Shown here one piece after another: positions 14,001 through 27,026 of a stretch of DNA of 64,000 nt. Where the stretch lies: assembly GCF_006345805.1 (NCBI RefSeq), contig NC_042997.1, positions 59,148,001 through 59,212,000 of the forward strand. Direction: 5' to 3'. Positions within the stretch are counted from its first letter, which is position 1. Each line of letters starts with the position of its first letter. Source of the DNA: Octopus sinensis. Lineage: Eukaryota. The position numbers were made by a program, and so were the translations under genes. The notes beneath the pieces are model-generated. The model searched no databases and was not told the origin of the DNA. It worked only from the letters and a program-made list of their open reading frames with translations.

Positions 14001-17000
14001 TACTCACACTAACTGCTGATACCATATAAATTAGATTTACATGTAGAGAGAAAGATTGAATGGTAGACATCCTCTCTCTCTCTCTCCATACATAGCATTT
14101 TAACCTCACATGTTCTTTTCTAGCTTTTGCTCCACTCTATAAGAACAGTCACTTTCTGCGATACATCTTCCTCATAAAAATATCTCCCAAGTATTTCACC
14201 ACCCTCTCACAAATACTCTTTCTTCTTGCTTCCAGTTTTCTCTACTTCTCTCACTGCTTTCTGTCAGTTACATAGCTGCAAATTCTTACACTTTCTTTTT
14301 AGTTTTACCCCAACTCTAATAAATATATGATAGTTATGCTTGTCTACAACTATCATGTGATGCAAAGACAAAGAGACAGACAGACATACAAATATATACA
14401 CACACGTGCATGTGAGGGGCTTCTTTGTTTTTGTCTACCAAATCCATTCACAAGGCTTTGATCAACATGAAGCGTTAATGAAAGACACTTACTCAAGATG
14501 CCACACAGTAGGACTGAACTTGAAACCATGTGGTTAGGAAGCGAACTTCTTAACCACACAGCTATACCTATGCCTTTGTCTATCTCAATTCAATTTTCAA
14601 CATATTTATTTGCAATAGAACTTTCTTCATTGACCAACATTAAATGAAAAAGAATAAAGAAAATCAAAATCAATGGGGAAAGACGTTTGTGTCCAACAGT
14701 TAAAAAATTGCTGCAGAAAATCAAGCTCATGTTTTATACAAGCAGGACAAATTTTAAAAAGTATATATGATTGATTGATTGATTCTAGTTTCAGCTCATG
14801 AACTGTGGCCATGCTGGGGCACCGCCATTTGGTGTTGCTACATGGTTTTACTTCACGAAAGCTTTTTAGCAACTGCCATTTGGTGCATGAGAGAGTTCGA
14901 TGCAGCTGCCCTCATCTGCACCTCCTGCCGTGAAGTTGGTTCATCTGGGATACCTGACAGGAAGAGATCCAGTTTCATTTTAAAGACATCTGCATCCACC
15001 CCATGCAGGTCTCTTAGGTTCTTCGGGAGGATATTGAAGAGCTGTGGGCCTCGCAAGCCCAGGCTATCACAGTATCTTGTCCTACATCTTGATGGCAAAT
15101 TTGGAGTCCTAGGCATCATGCAGTGGCGCCCAGTTCTGGCATTTGTGTAACTCTCGATGCCAAAGTTTGGGACAAGTCCCTCCAGGATCTTCCAGATGTA
15201 TATTATGGCATATCTTTCCCACCTACGCTCCAAGGAATATAGTTTTAATCTCTTGAGTCTTTCCCAGTAGCTTATATTCTGCATAGAGGCTATCTTCTTC
15301 GTGTAGCTACGTTGGATCGTCTCAAGTTCTGTGATCAACTTGACACTGGATGGTGACCATAACTGAGAGCAATAGTCAAAGTGGCTTAGGACAAGTGTCC
15401 TCCAGAGGACCATCATGGTTTCTTGTTCTCTTGTTCTAAAGGTTCTGAGAATCCACCCGGCCAGTCGTCTACATTTCATTGCCAATTTAGCAACATGTAC
15501 ACGGAAGGTTGCGTCATCACTCATGTAAATACCCAGGTCACGCACTGATTGTGCCTCTGGGATTGCAATTCCTCCAGGTCCAGTGTATTCACTGGGTATT
15601 GCATTTAGTTTTGCATGCTGATAGTATAAAGCTTGAAACTTTTCAGCATTGAACTGCATGCTATTCTTTTCAGCCCACTTGTATATTTTGTCCAGCTCAC
15701 ATTGCAGGCGTTTAGTGTCCTCAGGGTTCTGTATTGCCTGTGAAACTTTTGTATCATCTGCATAACTTGTGATCGTGGCTCTCTGCGTGGCTGAGGGCAT
15801 GTCTGAGAGGGCCATTATGAACAGTAGTGGTCCCAAAACAGTGCCCTGCGGAACACCGCTCACTATTTGCGTGTTAATGGAAGTGGCCCCATTGGCTACT
15901 ACCACCTGACTTCTATCTTTCAGAAAGTCATGAAGCCATTCTCCCAGTTTTCCAACTATGTCGAGATCACGCAGTTTGTGACATATCATTCCATGATCAA
16001 CTTTATCAAAGGCCTTTGCAAAGTCGAGATATATCACTTCCATATTTGAGTGTTGAGCAGTCGTTTCAGCACCCAGTCATAGTGTTGTAGGAGCTGAGTT
16101 AAACAGCTTCTCCCTGGTCGGAAACCATGTTGGGTGTCGGGCAGCAAGTCATTTTCTTCAAGGAAGGTGATCAGTTTCCTTCTGACTATTCGTTCCATGA
16201 CCTTGCTGATGTGTGAGGTCAGAGAGATAGGTCTGTAGTTCTTGGCCTCCGCTCTGCTACTGTATTTTTTTCCTAAAGATATAACTCTAAACAATTTTTT
16301 CTTAATTTCCTTTGTGATGGGTGCCAGTAATTTTTAAATGTTACAAATTCAAAAAGCTTGAGAATGAAGGAGAAGAAATGATAACCATTTCACTCAAAGT
16401 GTTTGGTTTTCATTTTACACTTGAAACCCACCAATATCAAGAACATGTGCCACCTACATGAACTAAAAAGGAAAGCCTCTATGTAGTTATTTGATCTGCT
16501 AGAAACAGCAACCAAACTCACCACACACACAGAATCACACTCTACCATTTTAAACAAAGTGGGACACTTTGGACAATATAGCTTCAGACATACTATGTCT
16601 AAAGATAAGATTGAATAGTCAAAGTTGGAACACCCCAGATTACAGCTCAGTTTGATCTAGACACGGTGCTAAACAACTTGCATTATTTGAAACACTATGA
16701 ATTAAAACTGGATTTGCAGACTTGTTTTCCTGGAACTTTATAAGCCAACAGTTACAAAAGATAAACACATGATTACAATAAGAAAAATATGCAACAATAT
16801 CTTTTACTTGTTTCAGTCATTAGACTGCAGTCATGCTGGGGCACTGCCTTGAAGAATTTTTAGTCAAAAGACTCAAACCCCAGTACTTTTTTTTTCTAAG
16901 CCTGGTACTTATTCAATTGATCTCTTTTGATGAACTGCTAAATTACAGGGATGTAAACACACCAACACTGGTTGTCAAGCAGTGATGGGGGACAAACACA

Positions 17001-20000
17001 AAGACACACACACTTAGATTTACATATATACAAGCTTCTTTCAGTTTCCACCTACCAAATCCACTCACAAGGCTTTGGTCAGCCTGAGGATATAGTAGAA
17101 GACATTTGCCTAAGGTGCCACACAATGGGACTGAACCCAGAACCATGTGGTTAGGAAGCAAGCTTCTTACCACACAGCCACACCTACATCTATATAATCA
17201 AGAAATGATAATACAAAGTTAAAAAAGCTGGCGTCAGCCTTTAAATAAATTTTAAAATTTATTTAACTTCTCATTTTCTGTGGAATAAAATACAGTTTGT
17301 ATCCATTAAAATGATTTAAAGATACTTAATAAAAATTTACAGAAACATTGGACTAATTGCATCACAATATTTAGTTTCTTCACTTACAATTAATTCTACA
17401 TTACAAACAGTTATGGTCAACTAAGTATTTCCTTCTAACAAGTGAAGGTACATGGCTCAGTGGTTAGAGTACTGGGCTCACAATCATGAGGTAGGGAGTT
17501 CGATTCCCAGACCAGGCTGTGTGTTGTGTTCTTGAGCAAGACACTTAATTCTTCATTGCTCCAGTTCACTCAGCTGAAGAAATGAGTTACGCCATGGGTG
17601 ACAAGCTGCATTTGACCTCTGTCTTGGATAATATCAGTGGCATGGTGAGAGGAGGCTGGTATGCTGATCTTCCATAAACCTTGCCTGGACTTGTGCCTCA
17701 GAGAGTAACTTTCTAGGTGCAATCCCATGGTCATTCATGACCAAAGCAGATCATAACCCTTACCCTAGTATTTCCCATAAATAAAACCAATATACTGGGT
17801 ATCGGTTCAATCTCCTTTAAATTCCTCTTTTATTGATTGAGATGTAACACTTCATATGCAATACTTCTTTTATTCAAACAAAAACAAAAAAAAAGTCTAC
17901 AACATCTAACTATATACTCCAATAAAGGCCAACGATAATTTATAAACTAATACAAACAATTGGTCTTTAATAATATAATTTCACAAAATTCTATTATAGG
18001 CTCAAGACATGAAATCTTGTGGGAGGGGGCTAGTCAATTATGTTGACCCCAAAGTTCAACTTGTTCTTATTTTATTGATCCCCAAAAGTATGTAAGTTAA
18101 AGTTGACTTCAACAGAATTTGAACTCAGAACGTAAAGCCAGAAGAAATGCTGCTAGGCATGTTATCTGGCATGCTAACAATTCTGCCAGCTTGTCATCTT
18201 GGTGATTTTAATAATAAACATTTCTTTAAATACAGTTGATACAGCTTAGATTACAAAATTTGGCATGTCTAGCCAAAATAAACCAAAATTACTAAGAACT
18301 GTTCCTTATTATTCCTAATAAGACAGAATGTTGAAGAGCATACAAGATATAGATAATTTCTCTAATTATGAATTCCAGTACTATATCTAATGGCATATAA
18401 GACACTTTTTCTCACCACCCCATCCTCTGGGTCCTATATGGGAAATTGAGTCATCCATAAGCTAATTTTGTCCTTGTTGCTCACTTTTTCCAGAATATGT
18501 GCTACTGAAATTGTGTCTAGTATACATTGGTCCTTTTTTTTTTATGTTATCAATGATGGTACATACTAGCAAATATAATAACCAACTTAAGTGAATACAG
18601 CAAAAATCGAAGTACATATGACATTATATGAGAATGTAAAAACAATTTGAGGACCACAAAACAAATTAGCTTTGTTTGTGGTTCTTGGTAAACTCAAAAA
18701 TAGTAATTGACATAATACTCACGTGATGTAGTCAAGGAATGTTGCCAAGGGTTCTAGGGAATGGTTGCGTAGATGTTGGAACTCAATGACTAGCTTATCT
18801 CGGAGGCGTTCATCAATCACATTCACTGTTAGAGGACTTGGTTCATTTGCCAAGAAGTTACCATAGTCAGTACTTTGGAGATGGAGTTTTAAATCTGTAG
18901 AAGAAAAGTTTATGAACTAAGTATCCATTATTTAACAAACGGAAGTAAATTAACTGGATTATCACCTAAAATAAGATAATTCTTACATCATAGGTTGCAG
19001 TTTGTTACATTTCTCCTGAATATGTACCAAAGCAGTTTTATTTTCCTTTTATAAGTTAGTCAAAAGAAGCAGATCAGTGCCATGGCTCCTGGTGGAAGCC
19101 AAGTTAGACTGGTGAGATTTATTCAAGTGATGTTCAGTTGCATTAGTGTACAAGTGGTTGAGTATTCCACAAATATGCGTGACCTTAATCCATTCATACA
19201 CACTCGTGTGTGTTCTGTCATTTGTAATTTAAAGTTATCAGATAGGCTACATTCAAAGCAGGAAGACTCTAAGGCTGACAAAGAGAAAACAAAGTGAAGA
19301 AAATTGCAGACATAGAATAACAAGAGAAGGAATTTGAAGAGAACCATATAGATTGGGAAGAGATGACACTCAGCTAAGTGGTGATTGATAGGAGGGGAGC
19401 TGTCGTAGTTAAAGGTTAAATAATTCAAAAGAAAGCCCTGCAGCTTGTTATATTCTTTCAAACAGTTCAATCCATGCCAGCATGGAAAGTGGCCATTAAA
19501 TGAGGATAATGACACCAGACAAGAGGCTACAGTGAAATAAGTCAATACAGAATTGTGAAAGGATAGTAAAATGAGATTAATTGTTGTAAGTACAAATGAA
19601 GCTTTATAATTAGGGAGAGATTAGGGAAAAGTGAAATAGGAAGTAGATTAGAGTATATGGATTACATGTAAACAACAGAATTTGATCTACACACATAACT
19701 ATATGATACAAATTTCACTTTCAATCCACCTATTAAAATGATGCCTCTGTGTAATCACTCGATCAATGAAAAATAGTAAGCAACTTTCCCTCAAACCTTA
19801 CTCGGTAACTTTATAAAGGACACATTGGATAGTGTAATCTGGGGTACACTATGCTTGAAGAGAAAAGACAGTTAAGGTTGGAACACCTAAACAATTATTC
19901 ATTCATACAGAAGGAGATAGAAAAACGGAAGCAGAACCTATATTCTAACAATGCTGTCAATTCTTTATTCATTTCTATCATCATCATATTTCTAGCAATG

Positions 20001-23000
20001 CCAGTGAACACCAATGTGCATCACTAAGTTCTCAGCAAGCCTATTCTACAGTCCAATTTCAAATCTCAACACAATATTTTAGATTCAGTGCAGTAAGGAA
20101 GATCTACGAATTGAACAAGTTTTGCTTTTATGTGACAAAAATTCTCAAATATATTTATATCTTTAGGTATTAAAATTGTTTTAACAATTTGTAACCCCAC
20201 TAGTGCCAGTGACATGAAAAAGCACTCAGTACACACTGTAAAGTGGTTGGCAATAGGAAGGGCATCCAGCCAGAGAAACCATGCCAAGCTGATATGAAAT
20301 TCACCAGATCCTGTCAAGCCATCCAACCCATTCCAATATGGAAAAGACATTAAATGATGATGATGCATTGTACTGTATTCTTCAGAAAGACATTTTATAT
20401 TCAAATATGGTATGTGCTGGTATGGTCATGTGACAAGAATGGCTGAAGATAGTTGTGTGCAAAAGTGCCACACCCTAGCAGTTGAAGGAACATGTGGAAG
20501 AGGTAGACCCAGGAAAACCTGGGACGAGGTGGTGAAGCACGACCTTCGAACTTTAGGTCTCACCAAGGAAATGACTAGAGACCGAGACCTATGGAAGTAT
20601 GCTGTGCGTGAGAAGACCCGGCAAGACTAGTGAGACCATAACCCGTGGCCTCTACCTGGTATGTAGCCAGTCGACTTATACATACCTTTCCTTCTTGGGA
20701 CACAAAACTCCACTTGTGGCAAGTGAAAATCAAACCAAATCAAATCAGATATCAGAACCAAAATCGAAGTCGATCAACATCAATGGAAATTGCGGCTGTG
20801 ATACCAGTGCCGGTAACAAGTAAGCGAACCATCTGATCGTGGCCATTGCCAGCGCCGCCCCGACTGGTCTCTGTGCCGGCGACACATAAAAAGCACCATC
20901 CGTTCGTGGCCGTTGCCAGCCTCGCCTGGCCCCCGTGCCGCTGACACGTAAAAAGCACCATCTGTCCGTGGTCGTTTGCCAGCTCCGTCTGGCACCTGTG
21001 CGGGTAGCACGTAAAAAGCACCCACTACACTCACGGAGTGGTTGGCGTTAGGAAGGGCATCCAGCCGTAGAAACACTGCCAGATCAGACTGGGCCTGATG
21101 CAGCCTTCTGGCTTCACAGACCCCAGTTGAACCGTCCAACCCATGCTAGCATGGAAAGCGGACGCTAGATGATGATGATGATGACGAAATATATCCTCTT
21201 TTAATTTTTATTTAGTTAGAAATCATATATCTATGTTTCTTTATGGCTGCATTGTAAGGAATGCCTCAGACAATAAAACAGCTGCTCTAAGAGAACTGCA
21301 GAAGATAGTTCATGGGTTATGGTGTGATGCCTCGAAAGCATGTCCAACTGCCTACAGACACCATAGTAGTTACAATACAACTTCTTGCTTATGACTAAAC
21401 CAAACTCTGTGTCAAGTTGCAAAACTCAGTAAAATCTTGAGGATCACAATAACTCAGCACTAGCTAAACTGCCTTGGACTACTACCACTGCTATTTATAA
21501 AAACCATTAAAAAAAACTGATTAGGTATATGACCTCCTGTTACAGTAGTTCTCAGACTGATATCAGTCTTCCCACCCACCAAAAATATAAATACAATTTT
21601 GTTCCCCACTCCCAAATCATAAACAAAACAGAATTTGCATGCATATAATTCTTCCTTCTTTCGATGATGTTGGACAAGTTTGAAAACATTAAAACCATCT
21701 CATTTTATTAAACATGGTGAATTGTATGTCCTCTTTTCAATCATTGCCACCAACACCTCCACTCAAACACTGTCCACTACTGCACTGCATTTCACACATC
21801 TAAACAATTCCTGATAGAATGGGCAATGCTATCAGAAATTGACAGAAATATATTTATTGTCAGTCCACACATCTCTCCATTAGTTTTGTTGTTTAGCACC
21901 AGGCCAGTCCTAACCCAGCAAACTTATGATCAAAGACTTTCCTAATCATGATCATCCCATTTTTTGTATAACAGGAACCACATTGTCCAATGTATCTACA
22001 TTTAATACAATAGGGTGTTATCTGAGGTGGGATCTGGCTGCTATTTCTAGCAGATTGAGTCACCATGTAGAGCAGACATGAGTAACTTGTTTTTGAAAAG
22101 TGAGTTGCATGAGACGTGTCTCATCATCAGGCAAACTGCACTACTAAAAAGACTCAAGGTAATTTTTTATTAGATATGCCAATCAGAAAATTCTGCAGAA
22201 CAGTTTACCTATGACTTCTGTGGCTTCTGTGTCATAGCTTAGTGCCAGGGTATCTGATAATATAGACAAATAGACAAATGCCAACCCTCTTAAACCAGTT
22301 CGTGCTAGAACAGAAAAATAAAAGATCATATGACTGAAAATGATAAAGCTCAAAAAAGAATTAAAACCTATAATTGATTTGTTCCTTATATTTCTGATAT
22401 AAAGCTTTTGATACTAAACTAAAATTTCTTCAGAAGAATAAACAACTGTTCAACAAGTCCCTGTCGTGGACATTATCATTATCAACACCAGCTGTACCTT
22501 TGATGGTGCATGCGGCCTATTTCACAAAATGAAAACTATTCCTTAAAAGAAAAAAAACAATGCACATCCAATCAATAATGGGCTAATGCTGTTGTTTATT
22601 CTAATGACAGTTCAGTGTGGTTACTTTGTCTTGTCAACAATGTATTGAAAGGAATATCAACCAATTCAAATACATTGCCAATGAAAAAGAAACACTCAAG
22701 CAAGAGAAAACTAACAATATACATTATTAGTACAATATTTAATAATACAAAACAAACTCCTTTTATTAGAATTAGCCAGAGAGAATAGCATTTTATTGCA
22801 GACTGTACCAGTTTTTCCTTCAGGCAATTTTATCCCACTAAATGTCCAGTAAGTTTTAACAAGTATACACTGCTGAAAGCAGTGTCTCTCTCCAAATAGA
22901 TATTGGTAGTCTATTTTATGAAACTCCTTGTATCTTTAGGTATGTGAATCCACCAAACAAGGTGACATTAAGTTAAAAACAAGGTTAATCTCTTCCAAAG

Positions 23001-26000
23001 CAAAGGACTAATGTTTACCATTATGACAGTAGATGAGATATGAATCTCCTAGTTAGTATTCAATTCCACTTCAAGTAACTTTCCAGTAGAGTATTTTAGG
23101 TTGATACTAAGAGATAAAATGCCTGCAAAGGAATGTGTCTTTTCATAAAAAAAAGGATGTTACATTGAACTGTTGCCATATTACATGGATCTATAATACA
23201 ATGTCAGTTCCCGTGTCTTCCAATAAATTTACATGTCATCCATTAGGTCTTTCCAATTCAATCCTCTTTTCTTAGAGCAGCAAAGTCTAGAAATGTCTCA
23301 AAGAGAACACACAGTAATAAAACAAAAACACAATTCATTCTAGCTCCAACCAAGAAATTTACAAAGGGAAACTTCGAGGAAGCAAATACTAGATACAAAC
23401 AGAAATAATGACTTTTAACAGAGACACAAGGCCACAAATTTTGAGAGAGGGGAATATAGCCAATTTAATCCTGCAATATTTCACTTGTGCTTATTTTATT
23501 AACCTACATAGGAATTAAAATTAAAGTCAACCCCAGCAGTGTTTGAATTTAAAATGTAAAGTACTGTATCCATTTCTAACACCCATCACCTCAGCTGTAG
23601 AATTAATAGTTGTACCAATCAATGGTATTTTTGAGCTCTTGTAATGAAGACATTTTAAATCTAATTTACACCATGGAACCTCATCCATAAAACAATCACT
23701 GTACACACCAAGAAAACATCACACTTCACACCCTTAACCCTTTAGTATTTAAACCGGCCATATCCAGCCAAAATAACTAATCTGTTTTATGTTCAAACTG
23801 ACCAGATCCAGGCTCACACGCCTACCCTACAATGTTATTCTACATTAAGTAATTACACCATCAAGATCTTGAAGATATGAGATAATGCATGATTAATTCA
23901 AATCAATATGAATCAATAAGCATTATGTTTGATAGAATAATCTGAACACTAAAGGGTTAAACATGATCAGCATGATGCTCCAAATGCTGGGCAATATCAA
24001 AACTGGGAATCTTTTGAGGCAAACACATCCTCAACTTAGCAAAGGCTGATAGCCCTTCTCATTAGAGCTAGAAAATACTTTGGCCCACAACAACTATTAA
24101 CACTACCAACAGATGAAACTTACAATGGTAATTCCTGCAAAATAAACGTTCAAGTGTGAAATTACCCAAAAAGGAATATTGAAATGGTAATCTTTAAAGC
24201 CAGTAATATAGTAATTTAAACTACTTAATAACAGGTAATTAAAAACAGAAAATTCAGAGTCCTTTATTTCATTTTTACAACCTGTGGTTGCAACCTAAAC
24301 TGAAATGCAAAACAACTTTACAGAGAATTGAACAGATGTTAATGACAAGGAAAACAGGAAAAAGGAGAAGAAAAAAAGAAAAATGAACGAAAACACACAC
24401 GCTGTGGGATGAAGTTAAAATAATAGACAGAGAACACCTCAGGAAAATACGAAAAGAAGCAGCACATATGCTAGGACACAACAACCATCCTAAGCAGACA
24501 GAGTGCAGATATGAATAGCATATGGGAACCGGTATTAAGGAAGAATAGGAAAATATTATATTTATAAGCCCTAAAATTCACTCCATAATTGCCCACGGGC
24601 ATCTAGCGTAGTGGTTAAGTGCACAGGCTTAAGAATGAGAACCCAGGTTCGAAATTTCCCCCAAGACACCTGATGAAGGCTGGTGGGTATATCAGCCGAA
24701 ACATTGAGTTAACAAACAAGATGAGGATAAATATCCGTCAAATGTAAATGATGTACATAATTCCTCATCATAAGTTTTAACAAAATCTTATATGGACCCT
24801 CAAGGGTCATGCTGCCCCCAGTTGAGAACCAATAGCAGAGAGAATATATTAGACGTGTTACTTTATGATATCGTTTCGTACAAGCGGTAGTACTTTTTTT
24901 TTTACATTTGACTGCGGCCATGCTGGAGTACCGCCTTTAGTCGAGCAAATCGACCCAGGACTTATTCTATCGGTCTCTTTTGCCGAACCGCTAAGTTACG
25001 GGAACGTAAACACACCAGCATCGGTTGTCAAGCGATGGTGGGGGACAAACACAGACACAAACATATACATATACGATGGGCTTCTTTCAGTTTCTGTCTA
25101 CCAAAGCCACTCACAAGGTTTTGGTCGACCCGGGGCTATAGTAGAAGACACATGCCCAAGGTGCCACACAGTGGGACTGAACCCGGAACCGTGTGCTTAG
25201 TAAGCAATCTACTTACCACACAGCCACTCCTGCGCCTATAGTGGTTAATGTTTACAAAGAGTAAAAGAAAAATGATCGCAGGATTTTAATTATAGTGAAT
25301 TACATAACCAAACATAAATCAACAAACCCATAACTGGATCTTGTATAGCTAGAGTACAAATCCCTATTATCAATTCGATCTTACTACTCAAAGCACAAAA
25401 AAAAATTTTCAAAAAAATACTTCAAGCTGAAGAATTCCTTTTGGAGCTTTTGAGGAATTTAGTAAACCATTTTAAAAACACTCTTACACCTACAGACCGA
25501 CGAAGACCAATATTAACAATCAGACTAAGAGAAAACCAATATTAATGACTAAATGTTTAGAATAATAGTTAGCTATTAGCATACTTTTGTTTGCTATGAA
25601 AAAACTAGATATGAAACATATCAGAAAATTCATTATTGTAATTATTTTGGCTAATTACCTGAGTGCAGAGACTTAGGGTCTATTAAATCGATTGTTCGCT
25701 GCTATAAAATATGTGGCTTCATGCTAATTTTGGAATTCTTTATTATTTATTCAATAAAGTACCAGAGTTGATTTAGTCGACAAATCCTCTAACCCAAAAT
25801 TTCAGGCCTTGTGTCAATGTTAGAAACAAAAATCTGGAAGAGATATTGTGAGGGAAATGTTAGAAAACGCAACCTGTATGCCTTTGTAAGAGTATTACTT
25901 TTCTATGTAAAAAAAAAAACAGTTCCAATAGGAAACACAAAGCAAGTCGTATACATTTCACCCAACTGATAGTTGAAATGGGAGTGTTCTAGTTAACCAA

Positions 26001-26994
26001 GAGTTGACGAAAATTGAAGTCATTTAGAAATATCATGTGATAAAAGCTCTATCGTGATTTATGGAGAAAAATTTAAAACGTGTATGGGTATGCGTACGCG
26101 TTAGGAATGCTTGGTATCTCTAGAAAGTACGTGTACCAGTAAGATACTGTTGCTGGTGCCATCAATGCATTGAGTGTTACATTCTACTGATAGTATAGAT
26201 AAACTATGTTTGAGTGTATTCGTCCAAACACGTAGAATTGTGGTCCAAAACTCTCAAGGATCAGCTATCAATGACTTATAACTACGGCCTCCAAAATGTG
26301 GAAAGTGTGTCATTATAACTAGAACCAACAACAAAACCTATCATCATCAACATGGAAGGAAGTAATTTCCACAAATGAGTATATATTTGGAAAAGACTCA
26401 CTTTAGATGGCTGAATGTACGATTGAAATCGCTCGGCAATAACCCTTGATCCCATCTAAAATTATTTCAATTTTACCAATATAATGGACAGAAAACGCAT
26501 AAACAAATGCAGAAAATACATCAAGCTGTAATTAAGCCTTTAGTTTAAACTGTCGATACTCGAATTTAAACAGTTAATAAAATCTTATCAGTGTGGAGAC
26601 CTTTCCAATAGGTTAAATGAAATTTTATAAATGCCTCGATATTAACATATATGGAGTAAGGGTTTATACTTGCAGTAAAACATAGTATTAAAGATTGAGA
26701 ATAAAGTTCTTAGACGTAAAAAAATCCTTCTTCGAGGAAAATTTCGTATTAAAAAAAAGGTTAATAAAAAATTTAATTATTCAAATGAAACACCTTTTCT
26801 TGTTTTTTTTTTCTCTACGTCTGGAGTGTTATAAACTTAAATGCGACTCGTACTTCCTTAGCAGCATACAGTGAACATCGATATCCTCGGATGTGTAAAA
26901 TATAGATATTAATGATTTCTTTAGACCATGCGAAGCAAATGCTTCCATTCATTCGATCTGTTGCGGAATGAATATAATGTATATAGACAGACAG

Positions 26995-27026
<32 letters not shown>

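Noticed and set aside
17441-17520. tRNA gene
   Set aside because: A and B boxes are present but there is no full cloverleaf, and the sequence continues into a SINE body; same for the heads at 24597 and 25240.
22100-22135. Minus-strand CTGATGA followed by a perfect TGAGAC/GTCTCA hairpin
   Set aside because: No GAAA box after the stem, so no hammerhead core.
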